Shown: positions 58,939-64,000 of the stretch, one piece after another
Layout: each line of letters starts with the position of its first letter
How positions within the stretch are numbered: position 1 is the stretch's first letter
From: Candidatus Saccharimonadota bacterium
Lineage (GTDB): Bacteria; Patescibacteriota; Saccharimonadia; Saccharimonadales; UBA10212
DNA length: 64,000 nt
NCBI GenBank assembly: GCA_022841445.1
Contig: JALHRM010000001.1
Coordinates: 13,002 to 77,001, forward strand
Reading direction: 5' to 3'
Notes under the pieces: generated by a model
What the model was told of the DNA's origin: nothing
What the model saw: the letters and a program-made list of their open reading frames with translations, nothing else
Database searches by the model: none
Program-made: the position numbers and the translations under genes

Positions 58939-60235
58939 GTCTGTACTCATAGCATGCATATAGTACGGCCAGTCCGGCCACCGCTGCAAGTACTGATGTC
59001 TGTAAGCTATTACTCGCGGCAGCCTTATGGGCACCATCAGCACCATCTCCCTGGTCGCTTGTAGTGGCACTCGCTCGACTATTTTTTGATACTGATGCCT
59101 TTTTAGAGGTAGATTTTTTAGCTTTCGTCTGGGCGGCCTTAGTGGACTTTTTCGTAGTTTTTGCCGCCTTTTTATCTACGGTTACTGGTTTGATAAGCAC
59201 ATTTGCAAGCCCAGGAGTGGCTTGGGTAGTCCATTGCCAAGAACCGTCTGCAAATATCCAGGCATGACCGTCTGCGGCTTTTTCGTAAGTACCTGTTTGG
59301 TCTATTAATGTATCGTCTGGTGCATAAAGCCGCACAATACCTGAGGTGTTACTAAGTGTTATGCTCCCATCACTACTATAAATTGCGTAGTATGCCCCCG
59401 CGCCGATATATGTATTTTCAAAAATGTGTTTATACGTTTCATTGAGCCCGGCAGTTAACCTGTAACCCGTTAAGTTAACCGCCTGGCTCGTCGGATTGTA
59501 AAGTTCCACGTATTCGCTCGTGGAGTCACTATTTGGTGCCGCTGGATTCGGCAGTATTTCAGAAATTTCTAAGTTTGCAAAATTGTTTGATACTTCCGGC
59601 ACTGCCGCGTCTTCGCTAGTTGCAGTACTTTCATCTTCGGAAACAGCATCGTCAACTTGAGAAGTTTCATCAGACTGCTCTTGAGCTGGAATATTTAGTT
59701 CGTAGTCAGTCGAGTTATTGGTCGATTGAACGTATTGCTGAGAGGCATCCACTTTTCGTATAAGACTAATGCCCTGCGTTGAAGATGGCGCCGCACCCTG
59801 TAGAGGCATCTTAGCTGTGCCCCAGCCAATGATATCGTGCACTTCATCGCCATTAATAATGCGCAAATGCCCTCCAGCTTGGGCGAGAGTAGCGCTAAAA
59901 GTCGCCTGTGGGGTGCCACCAGTAAATTCGGTACTTGCGACCATGTAATGGTCTAACGCAGGAACAATACCTGATAGATGAATGCTGCGCGTCGGTTTAG
60001 TCCAATCGGTACTTGCGGCTGTGGCGTACTGGATCATCCAATCGCTAAGATCAATTTCGGCATCAGTTGTGTTGTAAATTTCTATATACTCTTGACTGGC
60101 CGATTCCTTCGAGCTCATCGAAATTTCAGAAAATATCATACTCTGGCTTAATAATTGTTCAGCGCTCACCGTGCTTGGCAAAAAAAGATTGATTATAAGC
60201 ACTAGTGCTATGCAATATTTCCCCATATAATGCAA
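58874..60235 (-). CDS. Secreted double lamin-tail-domain (LTD) protein with Lys-rich segment and C-terminal TM anchor
   Basis: Signal peptide and two LTD units (ISEISMSSKESASQEYIEIYN..IDLSDW and ISEILPNPAAP..EYVELYNPT..VNLTGY). A KKAAKTTKKSTKAAQTKAKKSTSKK stretch, a TM segment and a basic tail follow. AGGAG lies 10 nt upstream of TTG 60235. Confidence 0.65.
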   Translation of the reverse strand: MHYMGKYCIALVLIINLFLPSTVSAEQLLSQSMIFSEISMSSKESASQEYIEIYNTTDAEIDLSDWMIQYATAASTDWTKPTRSIHLSGIVPALDHYMVASTEFTGGTPQATFSATLAQAGGHLRIINGDEVHDIIGWGTAKMPLQGAAPSSTQGISLIRKVDASQQYVQSTNNSTDYELNIPAQEQSDETSQVDDAVSEDESTATSEDAAVPEVSNNFANLEISEILPNPAAPNSDSTSEYVELYNPTSQAVNLTGYRLTAGLNETYKHIFENTYIGAGAYYAIYSSDGSITLSNTSGIVRLYAPDDTLIDQTGTYEKAADGHAWIFADGSWQWTTQATPGLANVLIKPVTVDKKAAKTTKKSTKAAQTKAKKSTSKKASVSKNSRASATTSDQGDGADGAHKAAASNSLQTSVLAAVAGLAVLYACYEYRHDVANRIRQYRENRAARRASR

Positions 60236-60293
60236 TTATTAGACGCTCCTATAATATTTACAAGCACTCGTTGTAGCAAATAGTACGTTATAC

Positions 60294-60839
60294 TTGTCTT
60301 ATATGCTTTTGCTTAGCAAACAGCTTGCTGACCAGCCGATTATCAGCCTGCAAACAGGTCAAACTATTGCCATAACTAGGCTTCCAATTATTGATCCTAG
60401 AAGCCTAAAAGTAGTTGGCTGGTGGTGTACTGACCGAGCAAATAGACAACATGTTTTATTAACAACTGATGTCCGCGAAACGTCACGAGACGGCATGATC
60501 GTGAACGACCACAGCGTACTTTCTGACCCCAATGATCTTGCTAGACACCGCGAAATACTTGAAATCAATTTTGAGCCTATCAATAAAATAGTAAAAACCA
60601 AGAGTCGCAAACTCGGTAGAGTTACAGATTATTGCTATGACGAGTGGTACGTAATCCAGAAAATTTACGTTGGCCAGTCTATTGCAAAAGCAATTGGAAC
60701 CGAAACGCTGATAATAAATCGTACCCAAATTATCGAGATAAGCGACGAGTACATAATTGTTCGAGACCTTAGTAATAAAGAAAGTGATAGCGTACAGTTG
60801 CCGGGTCTTGTCGGCAAACTATTTGGCAGTACTAACTGA
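60294..60839 (+). CDS. Double PRC-barrel domain protein
   Basis: Two units match the PRC-barrel pattern (..IISLQTGQTIAITRLPIIDPRSLKVVGW.. and ..KSRKLGRVTDYCYDEWYVIQKIYV..). Confidence 0.4.
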   Translation: MSYMLLLSKQLADQPIISLQTGQTIAITRLPIIDPRSLKVVGWWCTDRANRQHVLLTTDVRETSRDGMIVNDHSVLSDPNDLARHREILEINFEPINKIVKTKSRKLGRVTDYCYDEWYVIQKIYVGQSIAKAIGTETLIINRTQIIEISDEYIIVRDLSNKESDSVQLPGLVGKLFGSTN

Positions 60840-61443
60840 TTTTCTGTGCTTCAAGGGCAGATTTAATATCATCATAGCTAAAACCCTTACCAGCTAAGTA
60901 CCTCATGAATTTTTGCGGATCATCTCGGTACCTCGGTAGCTGACCTTTTTTAGCTATAAGTTCGACTAACGCGGCGGCATCGGAAACACTGCCATCTTCC
61001 AGAACTTGCTTTATAATTTCAGCGTTAATCCCTTTTTGTCGGAGTTCAAGTTGTAATTTGCGCTGACTGCTTGAGCGGGATGAACGGCGCCCCTCAACCC
61101 AATGCTTGGCAAACGAGTAATCGTCAATGTAGCTGCGTTTCAAGAAATCAGAAATTATTACCTCACCCAATTCAGAATCAACTTTTTTTCGGCGCAAGTA
61201 GTCTCTTAATTCTTTGGTTGAATGCTGTCTTAGCAGAACCCACGACAGGGCCTTCATTCGTATTTTGCCTTCGTCGGATATTTTTTTTAGATCCGTTAGG
61301 CGTGGTTTATCAATTTCGAGCCCAGACTTAAGCTTCTGTGCGACAAGCTCATCAAGACTGAGCGAAAAACTGTACTTGTTATCAACATGAACACTTACCC
61401 GCTCTGGGTTTTTAACCTGCTGTTTTATTGAAGTAATTTTCAT
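60832..61443 (-). CDS. recX: Recombination regulator RecX
   Basis: Repeated three-helix units (..LLRQHSTKELRDYLRRK.., ..SQRKLQLELRQKGI.., ..FMRYLAGKGFSYDDI..). Confidence 0.75.
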   Translation of the reverse strand: MKITSIKQQVKNPERVSVHVDNKYSFSLSLDELVAQKLKSGLEIDKPRLTDLKKISDEGKIRMKALSWVLLRQHSTKELRDYLRRKKVDSELGEVIISDFLKRSYIDDYSFAKHWVEGRRSSRSSSQRKLQLELRQKGINAEIIKQVLEDGSVSDAAALVELIAKKGQLPRYRDDPQKFMRYLAGKGFSYDDIKSALEAQKIS

Positions 61444-61606
61444 GCTGCCTTAAACCACGACAAACTCACCTTCTTCAGGCTGCGCAAAAAAGGAGAGCAA
61501 TATTTTTGGGTTATCAATGCCGCGTATAAGTTCGCTAAAAAGACGCTTGCCTTGGTCTTTAGATGTCCGTATCCCTCCGCCGTCCAAAATATATATGGCC
61601 ACAGGT

Positions 61607-62056
61607 CTAAGTCCTCAAAAACTTTCGCTCATAACCATTCGTGTAGTCAGTAAATCTAGCCCAATTTGGAGTAAATTTCAGCATGACGCTAATACCATCA
61701 ACTATGTCATCGTGACGGTTACCCCGCTTTTTATAGTAGGCATCGACGATATCCTGATGTTTGCTATGGTCAATAACCTGCACAGTCCCGCGCATTTGCA
61801 GCGTAAACGGTGTGCCTTTATATGTTCCCACCACACAAGCTGCTGTTATCGGCTTGCCCACCTTAAGCATTTGAAGTTTTTCGGAATTTTTTGAAGTTAC
61901 AAAATATAACATCAGTGGCAACTCTGTATGATAGAAAACGAGGGTCGCGATATGTAGTGTCCCTTTTTTATCAATCGGAACAGATATTGTGGATGCAAAC
62001 TCTGAATTCAAAAATTTTGCTAAGCCTGGCTGCGATGATAGGCTGACTAATTCCAT
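61607..62056 (-). CDS. Pyridoxamine-5'-phosphate-oxidase-like FMN-binding split-barrel protein
   Basis: 149 aa with an ..LHIATLVFYH..LYFVTSKNSEK.. pattern. It lies 5 nt downstream of the recA stop. Confidence 0.4.
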   Translation of the reverse strand: MELVSLSSQPGLAKFLNSEFASTISVPIDKKGTLHIATLVFYHTELPLMLYFVTSKNSEKLQMLKVGKPITAACVVGTYKGTPFTLQMRGTVQVIDHSKHQDIVDAYYKKRGNRHDDIVDGISVMLKFTPNWARFTDYTNGYERKFLRT

Positions 62057-62063
62057 TTAACCT

Positions 62064-63089
62064 TTAGTCTTTCTGTGATGTTTTCCGAACTTCGGAAGCA
62101 ATTTTGTCCATTGCTTTTGGATTATCGCGCAGGTACTGCTTGGCTGCTTCGCGCCCTTGGGCAATATTTGATCCATCATATTCAAACCAAGCACCAGACT
62201 TACGAACGATTTCCATATTGGTGGCAAGATCCAAAATATCGCCTTCACGACTAATGCCCTGGTTGTACATAATGTCAAACTCGGCTTCCCTGAACGGTGG
62301 GGCTATTTTGTTTTTAACTACTTTGACTCGTGCACGGTTACCGATGATTTCTTCGGCAGTCTTAATCTGGCTAATACGACGAATATCCATCCGCACTGAA
62401 GCGTAGAATTTCAAGGCGTTGCCTCCAGTGGTAGTTTCTGGATTGCCGAACATAACACCTATTTTCATACGTAATTGGTTTAGGAAGATTACTGTGCAAT
62501 TAGTCTTATTAATGATGCCGGTCAGCTTACGGAGAGCCTGACTCATCAGACGAGCCTGAAGCCCCATGTGTGCATCACCCATATCACCTTCGATTTCTGC
62601 TTGCGGCACCAAAGCCGCAACAGAATCCACGACAATAATGTCGACGGCGTTACTTCGGACTAACGCCTCTACAACTTCAAGTGCTTGCTCGCCATTATCG
62701 GGCTGACTAAGCAGCAGGTCATCGGTGTTGACGCCTATTCTCTTTGCATAAGAAGGGTCCAGTGCGTGTTCGGCATCAACAAATGCCGCCGTGCCGCCCG
62801 ACTTCTGAGCTTCGGCAATGATATGCAGACTTAAGGTCGTCTTACCAGAACTTTCTGGGCCATAAATTTCAATAACACGCCCTTTTGGCACACCACCACC
62901 CAGGGCGATATCCAGACTAATACTGCCGGTTGGGATTGTTTCCACATCGACTTTTTGAGATTCTCCAAGTCGCATAATTGAACCTTTGCCAAATTGTTTT
63001 TCAATCTGACCAATAGCCAGACTCAACGCTGCAGTGCGGCCATCTTTTTCTGTTTTTTTAGAACTTTCTGCTGGTGTTTTGTCAGCCAT
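62064..63089 (-). CDS. recA: Recombinase RecA
   Basis: Walker [11 protein letters not shown], plus FVDAEHALD and the L2 region. A GGGAGG SD lies 9 nt upstream of ATG 63089. Confidence 0.97.
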   Translation of the reverse strand: MADKTPAESSKKTEKDGRTAALSLAIGQIEKQFGKGSIMRLGESQKVDVETIPTGSISLDIALGGGVPKGRVIEIYGPESSGKTTLSLHIIAEAQKSGGTAAFVDAEHALDPSYAKRIGVNTDDLLLSQPDNGEQALEVVEALVRSNAVDIIVVDSVAALVPQAEIEGDMGDAHMGLQARLMSQALRKLTGIINKTNCTVIFLNQLRMKIGVMFGNPETTTGGNALKFYASVRMDIRRISQIKTAEEIIGNRARVKVVKNKIAPPFREAEFDIMYNQGISREGDILDLATNMEIVRKSGAWFEYDGSNIAQGREAAKQYLRDNPKAMDKIASEVRKTSQKD

Positions 63090-63227
63090 CCCCAAATACC
63101 TCCCTGATACTTATACCTGTTTAAGCAAGTATAGCAGGCAGTTCCGGCTCAAAAAGTGCTGTTGGTTATTTCAGTTAAGTGACCACATATACCGCTTGTG
63201 GTAAATATTGTATACTGAGCCTTGAAC

Positions 63228-64000
63228 ATGGAAGTATCAGACAAAAAGGTGGAACGCTTATTGCAGAAGAGCAATAAGTTGAACAAAGAACAGCTTGATT
63301 CGCTTAAGCAGCAAGCCGAGAACGAGAAAAAATCCCTCATGGCTGTGGCTGTGGCTGGAAACATCGCCAGCGAACAAGAAATCGCCATGCTATATGCAGA
63401 AGATATCGGTGTACCATACATCGAATTTAGTGCCAAAGATATTCCGAAAGAAATTCTAAAACTTATCCCAGAACACATCGCCAAGCAATTTCGAACCATT
63501 CTTTTTGAAGTAGAGGGCGACACAGAATGCAATTTGGTTGCCATGGAAGACCCGGACGATGTTGAAGCTTTGGATGTGCTACAAAAAACACTTGGTGAGA
63601 ATATTAGGATTTATACAGCCACGCGGACCAATATTAGTGCCGGACTCGACCAATATCGTGAGAACATTAGCGGTGAGCTTGCCAAAGTGGTATCAGATGA
63701 AGACGAGGACGAAGTCGACGAAGATGTTTCAGAAGAAGATATTGCCGAAGATTCGCCGATAGCCCAAACCGTAAATTTGATTATTGAATACGCTATTCGC
63801 ACAGGCGCCAGTGATGTCCACATCGAACCAAGAGATCAGTACCTTTCGGTCAGGTACCGAGTTGACGGCATATTAAAGGAAGCTAATAGACTACCGAAAA
63901 AAATTATGGCTGCATTAGTAAGTCGTATAAAAATCCTGTCCAATTTAAAGATTGACGAACGGCGCGCTCCGCAAGATGGACGCTTGAAAATTAGCGTTGG
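63228..64000 (+). CDS. pilB: Type IV pilus assembly ATPase PilB/GspE family (3' end cut by window edge)
   Basis: This ORF is not in the supplied track because it has no stop within the window. My translation from ATG 63228 gives a T2SSE N-terminal domain (..IASEQEIAMLYAEDIGVPYIEF..), then ..VNLIIEYAIRTGASDVHIEP..VRYRVDGIL..RIKILSNLKIDERRAPQDGR. Confidence 0.85.
   Translation, partial: MEVSDKKVERLLQKSNKLNKEQLDSLKQQAENEKKSLMAVAVAGNIASEQEIAMLYAEDIGVPYIEFSAKDIPKEILKLIPEHIAKQFRTILFEVEGDTECNLVAMEDPDDVEALDVLQKTLGENIRIYTATRTNISAGLDQYRENISGELAKVVSDEDEDEVDEDVSEEDIAEDSPIAQTVNLIIEYAIRTGASDVHIEPRDQYLSVRYRVDGILKEANRLPKKIMAALVSRIKILSNLKIDERRAPQDGRLKISV

Noticed and set aside
62057-62278. 73-aa minus-strand ORF overlapping the recA 3' end
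   Set aside because: It is out of frame with recA and entirely within it. It has no independent signals, and the real downstream gene starts at 62056.
63149-63544. 131-aa minus-strand ORF in the supplied track, between recA and the window end
   Set aside because: It is antisense to a much better plus-strand reading frame starting at ATG 63228. That frame translates into a PilB/GspE ATPase with clear motifs and runs open to the window edge. The minus-strand ORF is a shadow ORF.
1-64000. Alternative genetic code (UGA recoding, as in some CPR lineages)
   Set aside because: TGA terminates well-defined genes such as murD at 1223-1225. Long conserved proteins such as RecA, GlyA, PurL and RNase Y read through without in-frame TGA problems under code 11.

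Overview
This is a gene-dense window with mostly short or overlapping gene junctions. It uses the standard genetic code, since TGA acts as a stop (for example at murD). The gene content looks like a reduced-genome Patescibacteria/CPR bacterium, most like Saccharibacteria (TM7). That taxonomic call is inference only. It rests on Gram-positive-type envelope genes (murD, murB, murA, LCP, sortase plus an LPNTG substrate, RNase Y), a type IV pilus ATPase (pilB, cut by the window end), tsaB/tsaE, and recA/recX. It also rests on scattered one-carbon genes (folD, folA, glyA, 5-formyl-THF cyclo-ligase), an isolated purL/purQ pair, ggt, six CCA-encoding tRNAs, and many large secreted multidomain proteins. 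I saw no rRNA, CRISPR array, transposase, integrase or reverse transcriptase.

The parts I think most deserve follow-up are listed below.
1. A surface glycan/adhesion supercluster at 33.7-41.3 kb. It holds a PgaC-like processive GT2, a CE4 deacetylase, a sortase with a 60-aa signal-peptide-less LPNTG mini-substrate, a triple-CBM CE4 protein and a possible glycoside hydrolase.
2. An adjacent dockerin/cohesin gene pair at 16.5-19.7 kb. The dockerin gene carries a sharply bounded 102-bp perfect internal repeat, which looks like a gene-conversion tract.
3. A promoter, 19-codon uORF, anti-terminator complement and intrinsic terminator directly upstream of a Cys-rich orphan gene at about 19.94-20.10 kb.
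4. murD translationally coupled to a PP-loop protein, a possible MurD2/MurL-like route.
5. A CBM-CBM copper-radical oxidase (AA5/GlxA-like) with all Cu ligands present.
6. An HTH-MurA fusion.
7. A tRNA-flanked orphan FabD-like gene with strongly atypical AGA/AGG and ATA codon usage, immediately downstream of tRNA-Arg(UCU).
8. A truncated P-type ATPase fossil with degraded catalytic motifs.

All functional calls come from motif recognition by eye in the supplied translations. No database search was run.
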